Shown here in pieces: positions 11,675 to 22,890 of a stretch of 39,688 nt of DNA. This DNA comes from Nemertoderma westbladi (Eukaryota > Animalia > Xenacoelomorpha): NCBI GenBank assembly GCA_032718475.1, contig JAUCBJ010005193.1, positions 1-39,688 on the forward strand, written 5' to 3'. The notes beneath the pieces are model-generated. The model had not been told where the DNA came from, made no database searches, and saw nothing but the letters and a program-made list of their open reading frames with translations. A program made the translations under genes and the position numbers. The first letter of the stretch is position 1, and each line of letters opens with the position of its first letter.

Positions 11675-12519
11675 TGCCTCTATGTGAATGTTTGAATCTG
11701 TTAAATTTCCAAATGAATAGGAATATTAAGGAGCAAACCTGGGTTTAGTTAAGTTTATAAAGGATTGTTGGAGAAGTTAATTTTAGGGAGTGGCTGGGAA
11801 TTATTATAATAACCAAGAAGGGTGTGCCGAGCTTATACATAAAACAGAGATTCAACCCATTCCTTTATTGCTCAGTATTACTCTTTATTGTGAAACAAAG
11901 TATGATTAAGTATACCGTCTTCAGTACACCATTGCTTTGGAATGCACATCATGTTTTTGGGCACTGAGGCGAAACAGGGATTTCTTGATGCCAGTAATGT
12001 TCTCGAATTATTGTAAGCTGGACAAGTCATCTACTTGACTGGAATCTTTCCCGTTTCATTTTCAGAAGAAGCCCCTGCTACAGTATAATTTCATCTACAA
12101 CAAAGCAAACGTATATCAATAATTAATCTAAATAAACGAAAATAGTATCTTAATTCATCTATGTCAAGTCAATCATTTATGGGATTTCTTAACATAACTC
12201 ATTATAAGTGTGAAATCCATCCTCACACTTATACAGTACATAACAACTCTTTGATCTGAATCTCTATTGCTGCAAAGAAATACAATATAAGGGGCGGACT
12301 GGCTTTCAAATTTTTTTCCCATTTTTTTTCTATTTCATCTAGATCAGCTTCGTAGTAACGTAACAAAGTTAAGGATAGTTCTTTTTACAGAACACAAGCG
12401 AACACATAACAACACACCCGAACACACTCCAAAAACTGCCGAACACAATCGAACACAGTCGAAAATATGAAAAAAATTGAGCTTATTCTCATATGATCAG
12501 ACATTTCTTGAGGACTGTT

Positions 12520-12600
12520 GAAGTTAACTGTCAGAATTTTGGTCTTATTGGGGTTAACTAAAAGACCAACACTTGAATCAGCCTGTTCTAATAAGCTGGG
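12520..12600 (-). pseudogene. Non-LTR RT C-terminal fragment
   Basis: Translates LLEQADSSVGLLVNPNKTKILTVN, matching the LINE RT motif GLxINxxKTK. Confidence 0.6.
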
Positions 12601-13669
12601 GAGCCGTCTCCCTCTAGTGATTCTTAGAGTACTGCTCCAGGGATCGTACGGTAGTAAATTTTTGCGGTAGCGGTAACGGTATGGCGTTGCGGTAGCGGCA
12701 TTTACCGCGGCAGCTAAAAATTTCGCTGGATTAATGAAGTTTAGGTACTCACTTTTTGAGGACATTTTTTTTAAATTGTGGCGTTTATTTTTGGTAAATT
12801 GTTTTCTTGAATTAATAAATTTTAATTTTCTTTTGTTTTTGTTGACAGAAAATACGCTAGAATGCGAATCAATTTTTCATATATAATATGTAACTGCTGT
12901 AATGATGGATGAACGTTATTTTGCATATGCTGATTTTTGAAGGTATAAAAAAGGAAACAATGTGATATTAATGTGATTTTAAGAAAATGCGATATGATAC
13001 GAAAATGTTTTGTAATTTTTTCGTATCATATTATATCATTAATTATTTTCATATCATATCGAACACATAACAACACACCCGAACACACTCCAAAAACTGC
13101 CGAACACAATCGAACACAGTCGAAAATAGAAAGAGCACAAGAAAATAACACCGGGTACCAACTTTTAGATAAAATTAGCCACGCGTTGCTTTTCTATTAA
13201 GAAAATCACCGAAATTATTGAATAAAATTGTCGCAAAATTAAATATTAATTTCTTATCAGGTTGGCCTATCATTTGTTGTGTACTGCTGTACTGTATAAC
13301 AAACTATGTAGGGAAGCCTACCGGGTACCGTACCTGTCGCTGTCACATTTATAGTAATAGCGGGTTAGCTAATACGCCTGTTTGCCTGTGGACTGGAATA
13401 GCTTGGGCTGAGCTGGGACTGATTGCTGAGGATATGAATTAGGAAGTTAGGCCCGTTACAGTACGTACTGTACATGACGTACGGCACAACACGTCGGTAC
13501 AACATAGGTACCGGTACCTACCTGCCTACTGCTGCACTGGAATATAAAGAGCTGGGTCACGCTTAGGTACCTGGCAGGTACCGGTAGGGATCTCTGCCCC
13601 GGTGGTAACCACACTTAACTTAGGTCTACTACTATGTTAGAATATTAGTTGTAGGCTTAGGGTAGGCCT

Positions 13670-14831
13670 TGTTCGCGCTTTTAGACCTTTGGCAGTTTAA
13701 CCTGCCAAATTTAGGTGTCTTCTAGGTTATAAATCGACTTTAGCCTATGACAAGTATTTGATACACTACATTAGCCGAAGCCAGCCTATGCGCGACCATT
13801 CACCCGCTGGATTTACCCGGGAGACTGGATTCGGAAGCTCTAACCTTATTGCTGTGTAGGCCTACTGTATTATTCGATTGATCGTTAATATATAATCTCT
13901 GACAAATATTATTCACTTTCGGGAAATATCAACAGTTCCTTTTTGACGCGGCGCTCTAAGTATGTAAACAGAGTTATGACTTACACTAAACACAACAGGA
14001 TGGCTATTGATTCACGTATAAAGCGCATTCTTTAGGAGATGCTTTGTTATCTATCAAACTCATGCACACTACCGCACAATGCTGCACACCGATCTGCCGA
14101 CCTTCACTAATTTTAGTCACATATAAAGAGAACAGCAACCGACACATGTAGGGCCTATGAAATAGCATTAAATTCACTCCAAAACCAATATAATGTAAGT
14201 CGCAATTGCTATATGTAACCGGTCTCTCACCTTCAGTATATCAAGAAGATTGGGGTTTTACGATTATTTATTGATATTCTCCAAATATAACAATATTCCA
14301 TCAACTGATACAATTAATAACCGACAGTAAATAGCAGTAAAATAATGCGGTGCAAGGTATGTATATGTACTGAGTTGGTTTGATATGGTTTGATAACAGT
14401 TATACGTTTCTATGATCAAAGCCGTTCTAATGTTTGGCTAAAGTCTGAAACACAGAATAATTCCACAGCCGGTGTTCTAGGCTTAGGAAAAATACACACT
14501 GACTGAATTGCGTGAGTTTCTATATGCACTGTCCAACGCAAAGAAAATTGCTCTGATTGGTCGAGTGAGCCGAACAAAGAAAGCCAAAAGCTCCACGTGG
14601 ACATATCAGCTGATAGATGTCGTCATCTGAACTATACTGTATCAAGAGTATTTTGGCGTATTGCGGCATAAAATCGCTAGTTATGTCCGCTAAAGTACAC
14701 ATACAGAAAAATGGCTTTTTATGTCCACTAAAACACCTACACAGTAAGAAAACGGCTTTTTATGTCCACTAAAACACCTACAGAGTACTTTGCGGGAAAA
14801 ATGACTAGCTAGATCCACAAAAGCCTTTACA
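13670..14831 (-). repeat. 3' LTR of the BEL/Pao element (1162 bp)
   Basis: Direct repeat of 28169-29330 at offset 14499; I counted about 8 substitutions by eye. Confidence 0.97.
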
Positions 14832-14840
14832 CCGCTCCCA
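14832..14840 (-). promoter_or_regulatory. Polypurine tract
   Basis: Minus strand TGGGAGCGG immediately precedes the TGTAAAGG start of the 3' LTR. Confidence 0.7.
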
Positions 14841-14909
14841 GAAAATGGGATTTAATTCTATAAAATATAAAAAATCACAGTTTCTAAAATATAAAAATAC
14901 TCTAAACAG

Positions 14910-16461
14910 TTAGTCTTTCTTGCGCAGATGGCGTTTACGCAGTTTTTTGAGGCTAGCAAGAGTCCCTTTCTCTTTGGGGCGAGCCACTTTACTAGGAGGG
15001 CTATAACTCCTGGGTGAAGGGTGCAATACAATTGCATCGGAAGGTTTAGGATTACGGTCGGTGTATCCGCCGGTCGAGGTACCTGGTTGATCGATATCAA
15101 CCTCAGTGGAGCGAGGTCGAACAACCTTGAGAGCGCGTTTTAAGACAGAAGCTCTTACTGGTCCCTGATGGGTCGTTTGCACGAGAGCGGTAGATGGACC
15201 CTGTGTAGTGAGAAACTTCCTTCGGTTTGATGATTCTTTTCATCTCGCGTTCTCGGGCTCTATCGGAATCGATATGCTTCTCCTCGAGCTGATTTTCCTC
15301 CGCTTGTCATTGAAAGCATTTGTCCAAAACTCTTGCAGAAAGTAGAGTCGTCCAAGTTCGATATCTACTTAGAGATTCCGGATTTCCTGATCGAACTGAG
15401 ATAAAGCTAATTCGTTTACCGCTTGGACTTGCTGCTGCAATTTACATTTCTCTAAACAATTATAGGTTCCTTTTCCGATCTTTTGACGAATAGTGTCCAA
15501 CGCGTTTCGTGCAACTCTCTCCTCCGCCTCGGTGACAGGTTGTATCGGGTTAAACTGGGACGATGATACGGTTGAATGGCGATATTAGATGTCCGCGTCC
15601 CAATCCGGCTAGGTAAGATGGGCGAATATTTAGGGAGCACACAACCAGAGTGCCACCGACTAATTGTTCGGTTAACACTAGATTTTTGAACAGTGAGTAC
15701 AGTTCGGGAGGATCCGTGATACTATTAGGATCAAGAGTCTGAGGTCTAACTAGGGAATGAGGAGGTCTGACCGAGTATTCCGGAACTCTGATCATAGGTT
15801 TATTTAAGGATCGTTTGAATCGAACGAGCGTAGGTGATACATCGAACAAGTTTCACTCGAAACTCCCGTAAATATAGCGAGTAAAACCGTGTTTAAAGCA
15901 ACGTCTCCGCGGATGTTTATGTCTTTCGTTTGTTGGTTGGGTCTTGGGCATTCATCGCAATAATACCAAAGACGCACGTCTTGTAGGGGAAATGCGGGTG
16001 ATATTTATTCGGTTTTACAATGTTTCTCTCAAGAATTCCAAATATACGTTGGAGTTACCGCGTTTATCCGGTTCTTTAACGTCTTCTCTTTTGAGTCGAT
16101 TTCGAATAGAAATTTTGCATTCGATTTTCAGTTTATCGTTCCGACTCCGCTGGGTGGGATATTTAAATAGTACCATTTCCCTTTCGGTGTCGACATAGTC
16201 CGTATCGTGTAAATCGATAGGATGGCCAATAGTTAAGAAGTCCATATACGTACCATTACGATGCGTATAGCGAGCGGTGAATTTTCTATAGTCCAATTCA
16301 CGCGTAAGTTGCTCCTGGGACATCGGCGGTTCGATATAACGACCATCGTCCTCCGTAGTAGTTGGACTAACGTCGCCGCGTATCAAGCTATCAACAAACG
16401 CTCGTAAAGGTAGAGTATATCGCTCCCTAATACCAAGATCATCTTCTATCAACTCAGTCAT
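14910..16461 (-). pseudogene. Disrupted accessory ORF of the BEL element in the env position, unknown product
   Basis: ORF pieces 16015-16461 and 15550-15849 share a frame. A further helical-looking segment (PVTEAEERVARNALDTIRQKIG...) and 14910-15182 follow after frameshifts. GC content is coding-like compared with the AT-rich flanks. Confidence 0.6.
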
Positions 16462-18163
16462 AGCTGCTATATGAGTTTATCAATATTATAATGAGTTTAT
16501 AATCAGGCTAGCGGGCGTCGCTGCCTACCCCTCTTGGCCCCCGGACAGTGCAAGATCCTCAGCGCCGATGTACCGTCGTCGCTGTGTTTTTCGCCAACGT
16601 AGTAGCTACACAACGACAACGATAACCGGCACAAGTCACTCCACTGTCCGTCCCAAAGGCTTAGATTTACTTCAGGTTCTTACGGCAGAGTTAGGGCTAC
16701 TTTCACAATTGCGACTCGCTACTGTAAACACACTTTAGTAGTAACATTCACCTATAAACGCACAAATTCCACACAACTGTCACAAATTGTACACATTCGG
16801 GCCATTTGTCCGTTAGTCAGTGCCTTCCAGAATGCCACGTTATTATTATGTATCCTTGGATACTAGCAGTGTACTATTTATTCCCTATGCTATTCAATGG
16901 GGCAAGCTTTCTATTATTCTTTTAACTCACTTCTAATTCTAGCGTGGTTGTTGCTATGGTGACATTATGGAAAGCTAGCGGTAGAATTAGGGTAATTCTC
17001 ATGCATACAGATCTGGGATGCTATTTAATAGTAATTCTTTAATTGTCAATATCCCCTTTATACATGATTTTATGAATTTTATCGGCTATTGACTATATAT
17101 TGGAGATTCTCGCACACTAATACACTTAATAGGGTGAGTCTCCGCTCCCATGATCTATTAATTAATGGAATTTTGGGAATGTTATAAATTGTATAAAAAT
17201 GACAATTTATCAAATTCATTAAAATATGAATTTAAATTTATTCCCGTAAATTTTATTATTTAATATTAAATAGACACAATTTTATTCCAGAGCATGTCTG
17301 GGGACTAGGATCTTGAATTCTAGGAAATTTGTCCTTTTAAGAGTATCGGTAAGTGCTACGATATCTTAATAGACTAGAATTTTAAAGGATCTAAAATTTT
17401 ACAGATTTTAATTTATAGAATTTCTAGAGTTAACTTGTAAGTATTTACTCTATTGTATTTGTTTGACAGATTTTATAAATATTAATAGTTAATATTTAAG
17501 ATGGGCACCGGTTTATTCCAGAACTTGTCTGGGGACGTTAACCACTGATTCTAGAATTTTGTCTTTCAAGTATATCGGTGGGTGCCTCGATATCTTAATC
17601 GACTAGAATTACAGATGGTCAAAGGGTTTAACAGATTTATTTGCGTTGTACGCTACTGTTAGAGGGACATCACGCTACTATATGTATTATTTAATATATG
17701 GTATGAGAGCAATATCGCAAGAAGCAATGTCAGTGAGAAGAGGCAAGTCGTTTCCAAGGTCTACCCAGAGCTTGGTTTAGCCGAGACACGGGGATCTGAA
17801 TTTTGCATTCCTAATACTCTACTTACCAATAATACTTGAATATAGTAGGAGCTTTATTGTACTTTAATAAGTACGGATATTTCATCTTACTGTAGTTACG
17901 TATTTATAATATAATACGGACAGTAAGGAAAGAGAAAAAGAAATTATTTCTCGCCGTCGCACTAAATATATAATATAGGAGTAATTAAGTAATAAACGCG
18001 AATATATATGGCACTAATCTACTAAATAATCGCTAAAATAACATTCTACTAAATAAAATTAAAGAAAACGATTATAATAAAATTATATAATAATACATAC
18101 CTAAATATAAAATAATAAAGACAGATATAAAATAATATTGTCACACACCCACTCCAGACGCTG

Positions 18164-21100
18164 TCACTTTGGGGAGTCCCTAGATGTTTGTTGGATTAGG
18201 GAGGTGGTCGTGGGAAGAGTATCTTGCCTTCCATAGTTTCCGGAGAGTTCTCTGTCTCTTTCCAGTAAACATAAACGACCAACTGGGCGATTGAGTTGCT
18301 GTGTCTCGAAGACAATTCCCGGTTTCTTAAAGTTACGTCGCATGACGACGAGTTCTACCGATCGCACCAAACCATCATCCGAGATATGAGTCTCGATGAT
18401 ACGACCTGTCTGCCACCGCTTACGTGGAAGATCTGAATCCACAATAAGGACCATGTCTCCAGAGCTGACGTTTTCTTGCTGCGCAAACCACTTAGTTCGA
18501 AGTTGTAGCGTGGGCAGATAATGTTTTTCGAAATGGTCAGCGAAACGACGGGATAACAACTGCATAAGTTGCCAAGTTTGCCGGCAGTATTCGTCTCCGT
18601 CCGTGATTTCCGATCGTGGGAGCATGGCTACAGGTTTCTTCAGTAGGAAGTGCGCGGGTGTTAGCGCTTCCAGGGCATCGGGACTCGATGAGACTGGCAT
18701 AAGCGGTCTCTCATTGAGATAGGCGGCGATTTCCTCCATTAACGTCCGCAAAAGTTCGTCGGTGAGATACGCGCGGCACGGCACTATAAAGTGAAATGCG
18801 GTCTTCACGCTTCTGATTAATCTCTCCCAACTTCCTCCCCACCAAGGGGCGTCGGCGGCGTTGAAGGTCCAGCTAGACGCTGTTACCCTTAGCTGATCGT
18901 CCACCTGTCTTTGGTTCCAATCCTTGACGTAAGCCTTGATTTCATTGTTGGCACCAATGAAGTTCGTTCCCTTATCAGATCTCATCATGTTACTAGTTCC
19001 AAAGCGAGCGATCTGTCGGCGTAAGCTCAATAGGAAGCTGTTAGTAGATAAATCGTTCACCATATCGAGATGGATAGCTCTACAAGTCATACAAACAAAG
19101 ATGACACACCATCTCTTGACTATAGTCCTAGCACGATAAACTTCAATAGGGCCAAATAAATCCACACCGGTATTAGTAAAGGGTGGTTCATAGAAGCTTA
19201 CTCGTTCCCTAGGTAATTCTGCCTCTCGCTGTGTTAAAGGCCTACTGAATGCTTTCCTACAGGGTATGCAGTTCCTAAGAACTTGGTTCAGAGCTCTACG
19301 GGGTTTATAAAAATAATAGCGAGTTCGAATTTCGCTAAGAACTCGTTCTCTACCAGCATGATAAAGCTTACTGTGAACATCTACAATCATCTTGATTTGT
19401 ATTTCAAGATTTCTAATGAGTATGGGAAACTTAGTGTCAAAGGATAATGGAGCATTAGTTAGTCTTCCTCCAACACGTATTAACCCATCTATCATTGTAC
19501 TAGAGAAACGATCCCTTAAGCGCATCTGTGGATTTCTCAACAACAGGAAATACTTATCGGAATCCTCATAGCATTGCAGGAGTCTCAGTATCTGCTTATT
19601 GGTTTCTTCATGCTCCTGGTAACTGATCTTCTCCTTCAGAAACCTGTCGGATATCTTGTATTTGGGAAGATCTTTAACAACATGGACCTGCGCAGATGTC
19701 AGTGGAGCGGTATCACTAGTGGTCTTCGTCCTGGAGTAGTGATGATGAAAACATCGCTTTAAATATGTAACGGCCTTACAGAGCCGATTCCAGGAACTAT
19801 AATGATGTATCGCTCTCTGCAGGAGAGGTGAGAGTCCTTGCGAGACATCTGGTATTCCAGATTTCCAATCCCTCTCTCTGATTTCCACAACAGACTTATT
19901 TGTGGCTGTGGGTTTCGGATCCAAAGCGTCATCTCCAGAAGTGTGTAGTACAGACATATCTATCACAGGTTTAAATAACTTCGATTTACTCGCCCGGGTT
20001 TTAGGTTTGACTTTCTCCGCTCCCTTGGCCTGTCTAATCTCCGCCGTAGTAAGATGAGGAGGCCATTCATCCTCTTTTTTGCTTAGGAAGTCGGGTCCAC
20101 CTAACCAGTCTGGAGTATTTATCAGTTCTTGTGGAGTTGCTCCCCTGGAGGCCATGTCGGCTGGATTAATTGTTCCGGGGCAATGTCTCCATTGATCTAT
20201 CTTCGTGCGACTAAGTGTAATGGCTACTCTGTTGGTAACGAAGACGCTGAACTGACAGACTTCATTGGTTATATACTCCAACACGAGCAACGCATCTGTC
20301 CAATAGACAGTTTTCTCCAGTGGATAGTCTATCTGTTGCGTTACATTCCAGCCGATGGCTGTAGCGTATAGAGCAGCCTTTAACTCCGCTCGAGGAACTT
20401 TCAACTTGTTGTTTATCAATGCCTTAGAGGTAACCAAGGCGACTTTGATTCCATCCGGAGTTTCAACTCTCAGGTAGGCTACTATACCTATTCCCATATC
20501 GCTGGCGTCTCCAAACACATGGAGTTGATAGGAATACGTAGGGAGAACATGACAAAAATATGAACGGGAAATTATAAAGTTCTCGATGGCTGGTAGAGAA
20601 TCTTCCCATTTCATCCACTTCTTTAATAGTTCTCCCTTAAGTGGATCATCCCATGAGTGGTTTTCAAGCCACATTTGTTGTACTAAACTCCGAGCAATCA
20701 ATATAACTGGGCTAATAAATCCCAATGGATCGAAATAAGTGCTCAGGATACTTAGACAAATCCATTTAGTCCGAACTGGATTATCTCGCTGTTTTAGCTG
20801 GAAAAACAGGATATCTCTCTCTGTGTCCCATTTCAAACCAAGTGTCTTGGTTTCTGGAAGATCGTCCTTGATTAGGTCTAGATCTTTAACTCCTCGATCT
20901 TCTACCGGGATCGATTCCAGAAACTCATGGGAGTTGCTGGTGAATTTAGTTAATCGAAATCCACCTCTTTTCAAGCACTCTACCGTTCCTTTGGCGACAT
21001 CAATGGCTTCTTCAACCGATGGGAGGGACTTTAAATTGTCGTCCATGTATATATCCCGTTTGATGTTGTCGATAACCTCTTTAGAGAAGGCGTCCCGGTT

Positions 21101-21274
21101 GTCATCAGCAGTGGGGCGCACCACTGAGCAGGCGTTTGAAGGGCTTGAGATGATCCCAAAAGCCTGGATGGTCATCCAATACTCCACTGGTTTCTGGTTG
21201 AGGTCTCCTTCAGGCCACCACAGAAATCGTAGGCTGTCTCGATCCCTATCCAGCGCCTTGACTTGTAAGAACAT
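18164..21274 (-). CDS. pol: BEL/Pao pol: RT C-terminal half, RNase H and integrase (open part of a disrupted polyprotein)
   Basis: RT YMDD; RNase H LHVFGDAS; integrase HSKLYHAG...CIPC zinc finger, GVDLFGP, RSDKGTNF and GGSWERL (DDE); Pao-type C-terminal domain YLPTLQLRTKW. Confidence 0.95.
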   Translation of the reverse strand: MFLQVKALDRDRDSLRFLWWPEGDLNQKPVEYWMTIQAFGIISSPSNACSVVRPTADDNRDAFSKEVIDNIKRDIYMDDNLKSLPSVEEAIDVAKGTVECLKRGGFRLTKFTSNSHEFLESIPVEDRGVKDLDLIKDDLPETKTLGLKWDTERDILFFQLKQRDNPVRTKWICLSILSTYFDPLGFISPVILIARSLVQQMWLENHSWDDPLKGELLKKWMKWEDSLPAIENFIISRSYFCHVLPTYSYQLHVFGDASDMGIGIVAYLRVETPDGIKVALVTSKALINNKLKVPRAELKAALYATAIGWNVTQQIDYPLEKTVYWTDALLVLEYITNEVCQFSVFVTNRVAITLSRTKIDQWRHCPGTINPADMASRGATPQELINTPDWLGGPDFLSKKEDEWPPHLTTAEIRQAKGAEKVKPKTRASKSKLFKPVIDMSVLHTSGDDALDPKPTATNKSVVEIRERDWKSGIPDVSQGLSPLLQRAIHHYSSWNRLCKAVTYLKRCFHHHYSRTKTTSDTAPLTSAQVHVVKDLPKYKISDRFLKEKISYQEHEETNKQILRLLQCYEDSDKYFLLLRNPQMRLRDRFSSTMIDGLIRVGGRLTNAPLSFDTKFPILIRNLEIQIKMIVDVHSKLYHAGRERVLSEIRTRYYFYKPRRALNQVLRNCIPCRKAFSRPLTQREAELPRERVSFYEPPFTNTGVDLFGPIEVYRARTIVKRWCVIFVCMTCRAIHLDMVNDLSTNSFLLSLRRQIARFGTSNMMRSDKGTNFIGANNEIKAYVKDWNQRQVDDQLRVTASSWTFNAADAPWWGGSWERLIRSVKTAFHFIVPCRAYLTDELLRTLMEEIAAYLNERPLMPVSSSPDALEALTPAHFLLKKPVAMLPRSEITDGDEYCRQTWQLMQLLSRRFADHFEKHYLPTLQLRTKWFAQQENVSSGDMVLIVDSDLPRKRWQTGRIIETHISDDGLVRSVELVVMRRNFKKPGIVFETQQLNRPVGRLCLLERDRELSGNYGRQDTLPTTTSLIQQTSRDSPK

Positions 21275-22890
21275 GCCTTCTATATCGGAGGCGAAAGCGA
21301 TTGAATATTAATCATATTGAATCTTAAGAGTATTCCCAACAAGGATTGGAGTAAGTTGGGTCCTGGTAACAACTCGGAATTAAGGGATTGGCCCATGTAG
21401 AGGGCGGAGCCGTCAAATACTACCCGAACTTCATTGGGTTTACCGGGTTAGGGAACGTAATGATGTGTTAGATAGTACGTTCTCTCAGTTATGGGTGTTT
21501 CTTCCGGTACTCGCTCCGCATATCCCTTGTTAATAAATTTCTTCAACTGAGTCTTGTACATTTCCTTAGCTGAAGCATTTGCCGTAAGGCGTCGATGTAG
21601 TTGCGCAATTCTTTTCTCCGCCAAGGGTCGGTTGTTTATAAATTTAGGTTCTCACTTTCGAAATGGTAGACCGATTTCATATCTACCTTGATCTTTAAGA
21701 AAACGTGTAGTTGTCTCCTGGATCTGCTTGGCTCTTTCTTCTTCTACCGATAGGGCCTTATCGTAGGAATTGGGCTCTACAGCCTCTTGAGTAAAGAATC
21801 GTACGGCGTGTTCATCTCGAGTCTTCGCGTTGTAGCAGTCTATCACTTCATTCAGTTCGTCGTTGTACTCAACTTGTTCTGCTGGATGAATGAGGTGACA
21901 TAGGTTCACTTGGTTTTGCCAAGTTTCGTTTTCTGTAAGGAGGTCGATGGTCTTCTCCTCGTCGAAGAGTTGGTGGATGTCATCATTATCTGAGGAGTAT
22001 GGTGTTCCCTCAGTTATGTCGTCTACCTCACTGAACTCCTCTTCCCATTCACTTACCTGGTATACCCGTTCTTTGGGTAACCTTTCCATGAGAATTCTAC
22101 GGGAAGGGCCAGTAAAGTACCAACCTACTCTAGTTCTTCCCGCATAGGCTTGTAGTGGTTGCGGTTGAGCAGGCCGTCTCTCCAATGTCTCAAGCGCCTC
22201 ATGCGCATTTTGGCCGATGAGTATTTGCACTCCAGGGTAGTCTGTGTTGAATCTAGGTATCTTAAGCTGCTGGGTCAAATCGTCCTCATCCCAGTTATAA
22301 GGTTCCACTTGGCTGGTAGCGAAGTTCTTTATCGCCACCATTTTTACTGACCTTATACTGTGTTCTCCTAGTTCATCCTGGGGGGTGGACAATGCACCTA
22401 CATAGTAATCTGCAATTACTGTAGATTTCCAAACCTGCATAATTCCTGACATGTTTAACTTAGTTCGGAACTTGGGTTGTCCAGCAAAGATGTCTTCGGC
22501 TAGTTCTTTGTCGATGAATGTTCCTGTGCTGCCGGAGTCAAGGAGGGCGTTCACTATATAACTTTTGTCAGGACCGTGGACTCTCAACTGCACTACGGGA
22601 AATTCTCGGATTCCTACGTTGGAAGTTGGGGCTTTCCAAGATGGTTGTCGGTCAGGAGTAGTTAGGGGGGGCTCACTGTCGGTGTCCTTTTCATAAGTAA
22701 GTGCTCGATACACTGTGGTATTTATTAGGTAACAGGATTCGTTTTCATCGGAGAATTCGTCCGTATAGAATCCTTCCATCTCAGAACTTTGGTCAGTGTC
22801 GTTCACATCACTGAATTGGACATGTAGTTCGGACTCACTTACCTGACTCGAGCTGTTTCGTTCGAATTCAGTGTGCAACAAGATATGATG
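21275..22890 (-). pseudogene. pol: BEL/Pao aspartic protease and RT N-terminus, disrupted
   Basis: Protease ALLDSGST; RT motifs YYLTHH, VRVVFDGS and SLNSELLPGPNLL. TGA at 21652-21654, TAA at 21448-21450 and a frameshift near 21310. Confidence 0.92.

Noticed and set aside
11820-12260. Possible decayed transposase on the minus strand (HYWHQEIPVSPQCPKT)
   Set aside because: Too fragmentary to assign without a profile search.
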